Source of the DNA: an uncultured bacterium
Lineage (GTDB): Bacteria > UBP4 > UBA4092
Direction of reading: 5' to 3'
DNA: 64,000 nucleotides
NCBI GenBank assembly: GCA_964644695.1
Contig: CAZXWN010000001.1
Span: 492,869-556,868, forward strand
Of the stretch, positions 51,473-60,477 are shown piece after piece. The notes below the pieces were generated by a model. That model had not been told where the DNA came from. It worked only from the letters and a program-made list of their open reading frames with translations, and did not search any database. Position numbers and translations under genes: made by a program. The stretch's first letter is position 1. Each line of letters opens with the position of its first letter.

Positions 51473-51509
51473 AAAAAGGCCTCATAGAATATTTTATGAG
51501 GGCCTTTTT
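51473..51509. terminator. Bidirectional intrinsic terminator
   Basis: AAAAAGGCCTCATA-GAATATTT-TATGAGGGCCTTTTT between convergent stop codons. Confidence 0.82.
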
Positions 51510-52526
51510 CTATTCTTTGTTATTGTCGTTCGCAAATGAAAAACCTCTTCTAATCAGGTCATGCATGTGAATCATGCCCACAGGTTTTCCCTTTCTATCA
51601 ATTACTGGCAACACACTGACAAATCTTTTTTTTCTATTATCTTCCATTAAATGAACAGCATCTACACAAAGAGTGTCCGAGAATATTGTAAGAGGATCTC
51701 CACTCATAATATCTCCCACTTTCATGTTAAAAAGGCTATTTAGTTCTCGGCTATTTAATAATAATCGCCGAATATCACCGTCAGTAAGAATTCCTTGAAG
51801 TTTCATATTAGAATCAACAATTGATACAACACCTAATCCCTTCAATGTAATTGTGATCAGAGCATCTTTAAGTGTGGTACTTTTATCTACGACAGGATTA
51901 TCATTTCCCATATGCATTATGTCTTTAACTTGCAAAAGAGAACGACCAATATTGCCTCCTGGATGAAGTTTTGCAAAATCAAAAGCAGTAAAGGATCTTT
52001 TCTCCAAGAGACTTACAGCTAAGGCATCTCCTAAGGCCAAAGTGGCTGTAGTACTTGATGTAGGAGCCAAATTGTTTGGGTCAGCCTCTTTCTCAACTTT
52101 GGCTAAAAGCAAGATATCTGATAACTTGGCAAGAGTGGATTTTTGATTTCCAGTTAATCCAATAATTCGAATTTTGGACTTTTTCACAACAGTTAAAAGA
52201 GTGCTCAACTCGTCTGATTCACCACTATTCGAGATTGCAAGAACAATATCATTTTTAGTAATCATACCCAAATCACCATGCAATGCTTCTGTTGGGTGAA
52301 CAAATATTGACGGTGTACCTGTGCTAGATAAAGTGGCAGCAATTTTACGTCCTATATGCCCAGATTTACCTACAGCGATAACAATAAGTCGTCCTTTAAC
52401 TTTTATTATTTCATTTACTGCTAAAACAAACTCTTTGTTGATGGATTTTTTTAAATTAACAATCGCTTTGGCTTCTATATCAAGAACTCTAAGTGCTGAT
52501 TCAATTATCTTATTTTTGGACTGCAT
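51510..52526 (-). CDS. kdsD: Arabinose-5-phosphate isomerase (KpsF/GutQ, SIS + CBS)
   Basis: GKSGHIG.KIAAT.SSTGTP, HP.EA.HGDLG, APTSSTT, HPGG, TDGD.RR. Confidence 0.93.
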   Translation of the reverse strand: MQSKNKIIESALRVLDIEAKAIVNLKKSINKEFVLAVNEIIKVKGRLIVIAVGKSGHIGRKIAATLSSTGTPSIFVHPTEALHGDLGMITKNDIVLAISNSGESDELSTLLTVVKKSKIRIIGLTGNQKSTLAKLSDILLLAKVEKEADPNNLAPTSSTTATLALGDALAVSLLEKRSFTAFDFAKLHPGGNIGRSLLQVKDIMHMGNDNPVVDKSTTLKDALITITLKGLGVVSIVDSNMKLQGILTDGDIRRLLLNSRELNSLFNMKVGDIMSGDPLTIFSDTLCVDAVHLMEDNRKKRFVSVLPVIDRKGKPVGMIHMHDLIRRGFSFANDNNKE

Positions 52527-52567
52527 TTTATAGAATTGCTCCTCATCAATAATTCTATCCACATTAT

Positions 52568-53842
52568 TTATTTTAAATTATTACTACGATAGGTATTCAA
52601 TAAATATAATCGGATAATATTTAGTGCTTCATTAGCTGTTCTTAACTTAATCAAATCGCGATTGCCCTTAAAATGACATTCATGTATTTCAATATGGTTA
52701 TTCAGCCCAGCCAAGCCTATATACACAAGTCCTACTGGTTTTTCTGCTGTTCCACCGTCAGGACCAGCAATCCCAGTTGTCACAAGGCATATGTTACTCT
52801 GAGCAATATGTTTTAGCCCAGTAAGCATTTTTTCTGCAGTTTCTTTACTAACAGCACCATATTCTTGTATTGTATCTACAGGAACATCTAACTCTTGTAT
52901 TTTGGATTCATTACTGTAAGTAATAAAACCTCTGTCAAAATAACCGGAAGCACCCGGTATATTTGTAATACGGTTAGCAATTAATCCACCAGAACAAGAT
53001 TCTGCAATGCTAAGGGTCATTCTATTTTTTGATAACAGCTTCCCTACATTGCCTTCAAGAGTTTCATTGCTAAATCCATAGATTGCATTGCCAAGCCTGT
53101 CTTGAAGGATCTTTACCATGGCATCATTAACTTGTTGTGCCTCTGTTAGATTCTTACCAAATGCCGTTAATCTGATATCAACCATGGCAGGAGCTGCACA
53201 AACACCAATTAATGGATTTTTTGATGTAGAAAATAAATCATATATTGCTTCATTCAAAGTTGATTCTGGTATACCATATGTTCGAACAATGCGGGTATCA
53301 ATGGCTTCCTTAGTCGTTAGCTTAGATGATAACCATGGTGCCACCTGATTTTCCCACATGGGAATTAGTTCTCTAGGAGGCCCGGGTAAAGCAATGAATT
53401 TCACATTATTGTATTCTATAGCTAAACCTGGCGCAGTTCCATTCTGGTTAATAAAGAATTCACCGCCTTCAGGAACCATAGCTTGGCTCTTTACTAATTC
53501 TGGAATATCTCTATGAGGATATATATGTTTAAGTCGTTGAGAAATAGCTTCCCAGATATCCTGATGGTATTGGAGGGGAGCTTTTGTTACGTCTGACAAT
53601 ACATCTCGCGTAATATCATCCACAGTTGGACCTAGCCCACCAGAAATAATCACAATATCCACACGACTGGAAGCTACACTAATAACATCATATAAGTCTT
53701 TATAATCGTCACCTACCGTAGTTTTAAATCGTGTAACAACACCTATCTCTTGAAGTTTATCGGTTAAAAACAGTGAATTAGTGTCTGTCTTTGCATTAAG
53801 TAACAATTCACTGCCACTACAAATAATTTCAGCTGTCTGCAT
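52568..53842 (-). CDS. cinA: Competence/damage-inducible protein CinA (with PncC domain)
   Basis: G.ELL, VGD, GGLGPT.DD.TR, GTAPG, LPGPPRE, AESCSGG, GAVS, TGIAGPDGG. Confidence 0.95.
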   Translation of the reverse strand: MQTAEIICSGSELLLNAKTDTNSLFLTDKLQEIGVVTRFKTTVGDDYKDLYDVISVASSRVDIVIISGGLGPTVDDITRDVLSDVTKAPLQYHQDIWEAISQRLKHIYPHRDIPELVKSQAMVPEGGEFFINQNGTAPGLAIEYNNVKFIALPGPPRELIPMWENQVAPWLSSKLTTKEAIDTRIVRTYGIPESTLNEAIYDLFSTSKNPLIGVCAAPAMVDIRLTAFGKNLTEAQQVNDAMVKILQDRLGNAIYGFSNETLEGNVGKLLSKNRMTLSIAESCSGGLIANRITNIPGASGYFDRGFITYSNESKIQELDVPVDTIQEYGAVSKETAEKMLTGLKHIAQSNICLVTTGIAGPDGGTAEKPVGLVYIGLAGLNNHIEIHECHFKGNRDLIKLRTANEALNIIRLYLLNTYRSNNLK

Positions 53843-53904
53843 ATTCACTCATCCATTCAAAAGGTATAATTAAATAATAACAAACCAGTAAAGAGGAGTA
53901 CGGT

Positions 53905-54414
53905 ATGACTGAGAGTCCAATGATTGGAATTATTATGGGAAGTGATTCGGATTTTCCTGTTATTGAACCCGCACTTAATATCTTAGATGAATTCTGTGTA
54001 AAATATGAAGTCATTGTATCTTCTGCACACAGAACTCCAGAAAGAACAGAAAAATATACCCGCTCAGCAGCAGACAGAGGAATTAAAGTCATAATTGCTG
54101 CAGCAGGTGGTGCGGCTCATTTGCCAGGAGTGGTTGCTGCCATGACAAATCTCCCGGTTATAGGATTACCCATACGGTCAAAAAGCTTTAATGGTCTAGA
54201 TTCATTATTGTCTATTGTTGAAATGCCTAAAGGTGTGCCTGTAGCAACAGTCGGTGTTGATAATTCAAGTAATGCAATACTTCTGGCTCTGAGAATACTA
54301 GCGACCCATAATAAAGATCTGTATGAAAAAATGACTACATATCGGTCAAAAATGGAAGACGCAGTAATCAAACGAGATAATCACATTCAAGAACAGATAA
54401 AACAACGAAAATAA
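53905..54414 (+). CDS. purE: N5-CAIR mutase
   Basis: [32 protein letters not shown]. Confidence 0.97.
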   Translation: MTESPMIGIIMGSDSDFPVIEPALNILDEFCVKYEVIVSSAHRTPERTEKYTRSAADRGIKVIIAAAGGAAHLPGVVAAMTNLPVIGLPIRSKSFNGLDSLLSIVEMPKGVPVATVGVDNSSNAILLALRILATHNKDLYEKMTTYRSKMEDAVIKRDNHIQEQIKQRK

Positions 54415-54929
54415 TGTCATTACCAGCAAACATCTTTTTAACAGGATTTATGGGGTCAGGTAAAACAACTGTTGCTCAATTATTGGCGCTATCTATTAAT
54501 TGGAAATATGTCGATATTGACAGTCTAATTGAGACAAAGCTGGGTAAAACAATCAAAGAATGTTTTGAACAAGAGGGTGAATCTTTCTTCAGGGGAATAG
54601 AATCAGAACTTCTCACGGATGTGGCACAGAAAACTCATCAAGTTATCTCTACCGGAGGTGGCATTGTTCTTAATGAAAGTAATAGAGCAACAATGAGGAA
54701 ACGTGGATCAGTCATATGGTTGGCAGCTACACCAGAAACTATATTTTCCAGAATATCTAACAATACAAATAGACCTGTTCTAGGAAACACTCCGAGTCTT
54801 GAAAAAATAACCGAGATATTAAAATATCGGCTTCCTTTTTATCAAGAAGCCGATATTAAGATTATTACCGACAATAAGAAACCTGAATCTATCAGCCAAG
54901 AGATTATTGCTTTATTGAGCAGGGATTAA
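54414..54929 (+). CDS. aroK: Shikimate kinase
   Basis: GFMGSGKTT, GESFFR..E, STGGG, RP.L. Confidence 0.95.
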   Translation: MSLPANIFLTGFMGSGKTTVAQLLALSINWKYVDIDSLIETKLGKTIKECFEQEGESFFRGIESELLTDVAQKTHQVISTGGGIVLNESNRATMRKRGSVIWLAATPETIFSRISNNTNRPVLGNTPSLEKITEILKYRLPFYQEADIKIITDNKKPESISQEIIALLSRD

Positions 54930-55562
54930 TTTACGAATATGCTCCATAATCTCGTTAGCAATACGCTCATATGTTTCCTTATTGATTGTTTCATCTTTCA
55001 ATAGCACAGAATAATCAATCTTCTCACCAAATATCACAGTAACTTTATGAGGTAGAGGAAATTTCATTTTTCTCGGATACGCCTCATAAGAACCATGTAT
55101 ATAGCAGGGGACAACAGGTACTTTTGCTTTAGCAACCATCATCCCTACTCCTGCAAGAGGTTTCTGGAGTAATCCATCTCGAGACCGTGTTCCTTCCGGA
55201 AAAATCAGTAAAGGGCGCCCTTGTCTTAATAATTCAAAACTATACTCCATTGCAGTTCGGTCAAAAGCACCACGCTTCACAGGAAAAGCGTTTAATTTTC
55301 TTATAGCAGCCCCTAATATTGGAACTGAAAATAATGTATGTTTTGCCATGAAATGTAATTGTCGTGACGACATAATTCCAACGGCAGGAGGATCCAAATT
55401 GCTACGGTGGGCAGGTGCAACAATTACAGCACCCGTAGCCGGAATATTTTCAAGACCCTTCACTTCTAACCTAAAGTATATTTTCCCAAAGAACACCAAA
55501 ATTGCACTTACAAAAACATAAAACCAATTCTTTTCTGGAGGAATATTGTATTTAGTTTCCAT
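54912..55562 (-). CDS. plsC: 1-acyl-sn-glycerol-3-phosphate acyltransferase
   Basis: HRSNLD (HxxxxD), FMAK, FPEGTRS. Confidence 0.9.
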   Translation of the reverse strand: METKYNIPPEKNWFYVFVSAILVFFGKIYFRLEVKGLENIPATGAVIVAPAHRSNLDPPAVGIMSSRQLHFMAKHTLFSVPILGAAIRKLNAFPVKRGAFDRTAMEYSFELLRQGRPLLIFPEGTRSRDGLLQKPLAGVGMMVAKAKVPVVPCYIHGSYEAYPRKMKFPLPHKVTVIFGEKIDYSVLLKDETINKETYERIANEIMEHIRKLIPAQ

Positions 55563-56217
55563 TTTGTTTTCTAATATTTTCTGTTAGAGTTTGGACCACA
55601 GCATCAATGGTCATTGTACTGGTATCAATTGTAATGGCGTCGTTTGCCTTTTTCAATGGGGCCATCTCTCTTGAACTATCTAATTGGTCTCGTTTAATAA
55701 TTTGAGCTTCTATCTCTTCAACAGTCCCACCATATCCAGTTTCCACTAATTCTTTGAATCGGCGTTCAGCTCTGATTCGGGGAGACGCCTCAATATAAAA
55801 CTTATAATCAGCGTTTGGGAATACATAGGTACCAATATCACGACCATCAATAACAACCTGACCTGCCGCACCCCATACATGCATAAGCGCTGTCACATGA
55901 TAACGAACACCAGGTTGAGCTGCCACTTGAGACACAATTTTACTAACTTCAGGCGAGCGGATTTCCTTTGTTATATCTTCTCCATCACACAGTACAGTTA
56001 AACTTCCCTCATCAAAATGTTGTTCAATATCAATCTTCCGAAAGAGTGCAGATATCAAATCTTCGTTTTCAATATCAACGTTTTCCTGTAATACCTTTAA
56101 GGCAATGGTTCTATATAATGCACCACTATCAATGTAGTTATAGTTCAAAATCTGCGCCAATTTTTTAGCAACAGTACTTTTCCCAGAGCCCGCTGTTCCA
56201 TCTATAGCAATGACCAT
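55552..56217 (-). CDS. cmk: Cytidylate kinase
   Basis: IAIDG.AGSGKST, DSGALYR, DGRDIGT.VFP.A, RD..D..R; start ATG 56217. Confidence 0.97.
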   Translation of the reverse strand: MVIAIDGTAGSGKSTVAKKLAQILNYNYIDSGALYRTIALKVLQENVDIENEDLISALFRKIDIEQHFDEGSLTVLCDGEDITKEIRSPEVSKIVSQVAAQPGVRYHVTALMHVWGAAGQVVIDGRDIGTYVFPNADYKFYIEASPRIRAERRFKELVETGYGGTVEEIEAQIIKRDQLDSSREMAPLKKANDAITIDTSTMTIDAVVQTLTENIRKQNGN

Positions 56218-56218
56218 A

Positions 56219-57517
56219 TTAATCCTTTCGTATTGATTCCAGAATTGCCTCAAAACCTGGAAAAGAGGTGGTAATACAATCCACATTGTTGATTGTGGTT
56301 TCTCCGTCTGCAATCAATCCAGCAACAGCCCAGGACATTGCCAGGCGATGGTCACCAAAAGACTCCAGTTTTGCACCTTTTAAAGGTGTCGGCCCTTTAA
56401 TAATCATTCCATCCGCTTGTTCGGTTATGTCTGCTCCCATTTTCTGCAATTCAGAGACTACACAAGAAATTCGATCAGACTCTTTTACTCGTAGTTCTGA
56501 TGCTTCACGAATAATAGTCGTACCTCGTGCCTGAGTAGCCAGAACAGCAATGATAGGAATTTCATCAATAATGCGAGGGATTATCTCGCCAGATATTTCA
56601 ATACCTCTCAGTTCTGAGGGGGTCACAATAATATCTGCAACCGGTTCCCAATCATCACCTTTGTAGTTAATAGTATTTAGCGAAGCACCCATCTTCAATA
56701 AAACGTCTATAAGCCCAGTTCGAGTTGGATTCATCCCAACATTCGTCAAGGTAAGTTGTGAATCGGGTACAATCAAGGCAGCAACTATAAAAAAAGCGGC
56801 AGATGAGATGTCACTGGGTATGTGCATTTTTCTGCCCTGTAACTGCTGACCGGACTGAATGGATACTGTCAGTTTATCGCGAAGAATTTCACCTCCCATA
56901 TAGCCAATCATACGTTCTGTATGGTCACGGGATAGTATGGGTTCAGTAACGGTTGTTATGCCTTTAGAATTTAATCCTGCCAAAATTAAAGCAGATTTGA
57001 CTTGTGCACTGGCTATGGGGGATTGATAATTTATACCCGTGAGTTCTTTTCCTACAATCGACAGGGGTAAATATTTATTGTTCTGTCGACCATAAATTTC
57101 GGCTCCCATTTGACTCAAGGGACCGATAATTCTGTCCATTGGACGCCTACTTAAAGATTGATCACCCTTCATTACAGAATAAAAAGGACGGGCCGCTAAA
57201 AGACCCGCTAACAAGCGGGTACTTGTCCCTGAATTACCCATATCCAATATCTCACAGGGTTCCTGTAAACAATCAATACCTTTTCCTTCAATAATAATTT
57301 CGGAAGAATCAAGACCCTTAATGTTAATTCCCATTGCTTTGAATGCATTTGCAGTACAAAGACAATCTTCTGACTTTAAGAAATTGGTTAATAGCGTAGT
57401 TCCATGGGCAATAGAACCCAGCATAATTCCACGGTGGGATATTGATTTATCTCCAGGAACCTCAATTGTTCCTGAAAGACCTGAATGGGTTTGATAGATG
57501 TTTAATATTTTGGGCAT
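56219..57517 (-). CDS. aroA: 3-phosphoshikimate 1-carboxyvinyltransferase (class II EPSPS)
   Basis: PGDKSISHR, GNSGT..RL, RPM.R, SAQVKS, RDHTE, ELRVKESDR, GDHR. Confidence 0.98.
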   Translation of the reverse strand: MPKILNIYQTHSGLSGTIEVPGDKSISHRGIMLGSIAHGTTLLTNFLKSEDCLCTANAFKAMGINIKGLDSSEIIIEGKGIDCLQEPCEILDMGNSGTSTRLLAGLLAARPFYSVMKGDQSLSRRPMDRIIGPLSQMGAEIYGRQNNKYLPLSIVGKELTGINYQSPIASAQVKSALILAGLNSKGITTVTEPILSRDHTERMIGYMGGEILRDKLTVSIQSGQQLQGRKMHIPSDISSAAFFIVAALIVPDSQLTLTNVGMNPTRTGLIDVLLKMGASLNTINYKGDDWEPVADIIVTPSELRGIEISGEIIPRIIDEIPIIAVLATQARGTTIIREASELRVKESDRISCVVSELQKMGADITEQADGMIIKGPTPLKGAKLESFGDHRLAMSWAVAGLIADGETTINNVDCITTSFPGFEAILESIRKD

Positions 57518-57519
57518 AT

Positions 57520-58815
57520 TTATTTTTTATAAGTCCTGTATTTATTACGAGCGAATACTGTCCATTGAGATATCATTTTATTGCGTAACTGTGGATCATT
57601 TTTCATTTTCTCAGCCAGGGCCATCGCCTGTGCTTCCGTTAACGGAGGTCTGCCAATTCCCCTGGCTTTAGGGGTACCTTTCACAGAACTCCATGCCTCA
57701 CCTAATTCCTTATGACTATCGATTACCAGGGCACCAATCATGTCATTTAACAACGAATAACGTCTTGCGCCCTTGACCGTATCATATTTAAGAACACTTT
57801 TTAATTGGAATGGATTAACGGGTATTTGAGATTGTTGGCCTAATGTTGTATAAAGCCCGGGAATAACGGCCATACGATAAAGATCGAATTGTTTAGGTCC
57901 CTGAGGACTACCCGCAGGTAACATTAATAACTTTTGGGCAGAGGGAGAAAGAGAGAATTCAACAAAAGCTTTCGCAGCCGATATGTTGGGAGCACCTTTT
58001 AACACACCAATACCATCTGGATTTATAACTGTTACACCCGAAGGAAGTATAAATGACATTTTACTTCTTCCGACCTTGGCAATTTGAGACCAGGCATAGG
58101 TATCAATACATAACCCATAAGCAGCATTGCCCATGCCCACCTCTGTTGGAGTATTAGAAGCGGACTGGGTAAAGGATTTTATATTTCCACCCATTTGGGT
58201 AATGATCTCCCATCCTTTTTCCCATCCATAAGCTTGCAATATGATTTCATACATCATATGCACACTACCTGAGTGACGTGGATCCGCGGAAGAAATCCAA
58301 CCCTGTAATTTAGGATTGGTTAAATCCTGCCATGTTCTGACTGCAGGAAGGCCTAATCGTTGAGACACAATGTTATTTTTCAAAATGCCGAAACCCGCAA
58401 GAGCCGTACCATACCAACGGTATTGATTGTCATAAATTGGAATACCATGAATATCCCTGGGGATTTGTTTCAAAACAGATGGGTCAATCTTGCATGGCTG
58501 CAACAGCCCCATACTTCCCAATTCCAGATAAGGGTCAATGCCTCCACCGAACATTAAGTCAACACCAATCCCCCGAGGTTTATTTTTGTATTCAGATTTT
58601 ATATAACGCATAATATCGGATCCACCACCTTGATCCATCCACTCAATCTGAATATCTGTTTTATATTTTTGTTTGTAATATTGTGTAAACGCGTTTGTAA
58701 TTTCTCGTCGGTGAGCTTCATTGTGGGGAGATAAAATAACTAATTTACTGGCGCCCCATGCAAAACTTCCCAGTAAAACTAAAATCATTAAAAAGAGGAG
58801 ATTTTTTATCCGCAT
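57520..58815 (-). CDS. ABC transporter periplasmic substrate-binding protein (Fe3+/thiamine-like cluster)
   Basis: Signal peptide; SPH, D.MFGGG, TWQDL..P, ADPR.SGS, NPDGI..LKGAP...AK.F. Confidence 0.82.
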   Translation of the reverse strand: MRIKNLLFLMILVLLGSFAWGASKLVILSPHNEAHRREITNAFTQYYKQKYKTDIQIEWMDQGGGSDIMRYIKSEYKNKPRGIGVDLMFGGGIDPYLELGSMGLLQPCKIDPSVLKQIPRDIHGIPIYDNQYRWYGTALAGFGILKNNIVSQRLGLPAVRTWQDLTNPKLQGWISSADPRHSGSVHMMYEIILQAYGWEKGWEIITQMGGNIKSFTQSASNTPTEVGMGNAAYGLCIDTYAWSQIAKVGRSKMSFILPSGVTVINPDGIGVLKGAPNISAAKAFVEFSLSPSAQKLLMLPAGSPQGPKQFDLYRMAVIPGLYTTLGQQSQIPVNPFQLKSVLKYDTVKGARRYSLLNDMIGALVIDSHKELGEAWSSVKGTPKARGIGRPPLTEAQAMALAEKMKNDPQLRNKMISQWTVFARNKYRTYKK

Positions 58816-59012
58816 AATATTTCTTCCATTTTGCACAAATTTTAGAACCAAAACTATTTACTAATTTATCATATCTATACTTGTTACGGATGAATCTTCC
58901 TGGCCTATAAAACATTGAATTGAACAAGATTAAATCATCTTTGCTAATTCTGAAAATAATAACCACCCATGCTCAGGTTAAAAGCCATGACAACTGCCAA
59001 CCCATCCCTTAA

Positions 59013-59046
59013 GACCATCGAACAAGATCGATCTCGTTCGATGGTC
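59013..59046. repeat. Dispersed 28-bp palindrome, copy 4 (core 59016-59043)
   Basis: GAC-CATCGAACAAGATCGATCTCGTTCGATG-GTC; the core is the exact reverse complement of copy 2. Confidence 0.95.
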
Positions 59047-59165
59047 CTGTGGACACTTCTTCCAGTAAATTAATAAATTTATTAATTATTAGTGATAAAA
59101 TATAAAAAGTCACTTAACCTGATAAAAATCAATAATTACCACTACCGTAAAAGGAGATTTTCGGA

Positions 59166-60374
59166 ATGGAAAAAGTCAAGAAGGTGGTTCTTGCTTATTC
59201 CGGCGGACTTGATACTTCTGTCATGATTCGTTGGATGAAAGAAAATTATGGATGTGAAGTGATCGCTTTCTGTGCAGATTTAGGTCAGGGCGAAGAACTC
59301 ACACCCCTGGAAGCCAAAGCCAAAAAAACAGGTGCTTCCAAATGCTTTATCAAAGATATTCGTAAAGAATTTGTGGAAGACTTCCTCTGGCCGGCTTTAA
59401 AGGCAAATGCTATGTATGAGGGCAAATATCCTTTAGCTACGGCTTTAGGTCGTCCCCTCATTGCAAAACATCTGGTAGAAATTGCAAAAAAAGAAAAAGC
59501 GGATGCAATTGCTCACGGATCCACAGGTAAAGGAAATGACCAGGTACGGTTTGAATTTACTGCAATGGCATTAGCTCCCACAATGAAACGATTAGCCCCT
59601 GTTCGCGAATGGGAATTAAAAACACGTTCTGAGGAAATTGATTATGCCAAAAAATATGGCATTTCAGTTCCCGTCACTAAAAAAAGCCCTTATAGTTACG
59701 ATTTGAATCTGTGGGGCCGCAGCATGGAATCGGGTTGCCTTGAAGATCCATGGTGTGAACCACCAGAAGAAATTTACAAGCTGACAGTGAATCCTTCAAA
59801 GGCTCCGAAAAAAGCTACCTATGTTGAGATTGAATTCAATAAAGGTATTCCAGTCGCTCTTGATGGCAAGAAAATGGATGGCGTGGCCCTGATTGAAAAG
59901 TTAAATGAGATCGGCGGCAAAAACGGTGTTGGCAGAATAGATATGGTCGAAAACCGATTAGTCGGTATCAAATCTCGTGAGAATTATGAAGCACCCGCTG
60001 CTGTAATCTTATTAGCTGCTCATAAAGATTTAGAATCACTGACCATTGACAGAGAAACACTTCATTATAAAGAAATGTTATCTCTTAAGTATTCAGAGAT
60101 GATTTATTATGGTCAATGGTATACACCTCTACGGTATGCCATGGATTCATTCTTTAACGTTACGCAAGAGAATGTCACAGGAACAATCCGGGTCCGCCTA
60201 TTACAGGGAACCTGTGTTGTTGTCGGTCGTAAATCCCCCTACTCTCAATATCAAACCGCATTGGCTACCTATGAAGAAGGGGATCAATTTGATCAGAAAC
60301 TGGCCAAAGGATTTATGGAATTATATGGCCTGCCAATCAAGATTGCGGCTAAAACTGTTAAACCTCGTAAATAA
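59166..60374 (+). CDS. argG: Argininosuccinate synthase
   Basis: VLAYSGGLDTS, HG.TGKGNDQVRFE, YS.D.NLWG.S.E, ENRLVGIKSRE.YE. Confidence 0.98.
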   Translation: MEKVKKVVLAYSGGLDTSVMIRWMKENYGCEVIAFCADLGQGEELTPLEAKAKKTGASKCFIKDIRKEFVEDFLWPALKANAMYEGKYPLATALGRPLIAKHLVEIAKKEKADAIAHGSTGKGNDQVRFEFTAMALAPTMKRLAPVREWELKTRSEEIDYAKKYGISVPVTKKSPYSYDLNLWGRSMESGCLEDPWCEPPEEIYKLTVNPSKAPKKATYVEIEFNKGIPVALDGKKMDGVALIEKLNEIGGKNGVGRIDMVENRLVGIKSRENYEAPAAVILLAAHKDLESLTIDRETLHYKEMLSLKYSEMIYYGQWYTPLRYAMDSFFNVTQENVTGTIRVRLLQGTCVVVGRKSPYSQYQTALATYEEGDQFDQKLAKGFMELYGLPIKIAAKTVKPRK

Positions 60375-60393
60375 TTGATACATAAATTTATAC

Positions 60394-60424
60394 AAAGAGA
60401 GGATTTCATAAATCCTCTCTTTTT
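60394..60424 (+). terminator. Intrinsic terminator after argG
   Basis: AAAGAGAGGATTT-CAT-AAATCCTCTCTTTTT. Confidence 0.82.
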
Positions 60425-60477
60425 CTATTTTTGGTAGAATGAGTACACACAAAAAGTAATTTATGGAGGTTGGGCGT

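Noticed and set aside
58745-58966. 73-aa minus-strand ORF upstream of the SBP gene
   Set aside because: Overlaps the SBP start out of frame, with no clear RBS or motif
4282-59043. 28-bp palindrome as a CRISPR repeat
   Set aside because: Copies are single and 14-20 kb apart, with no spacer array and no cas genes
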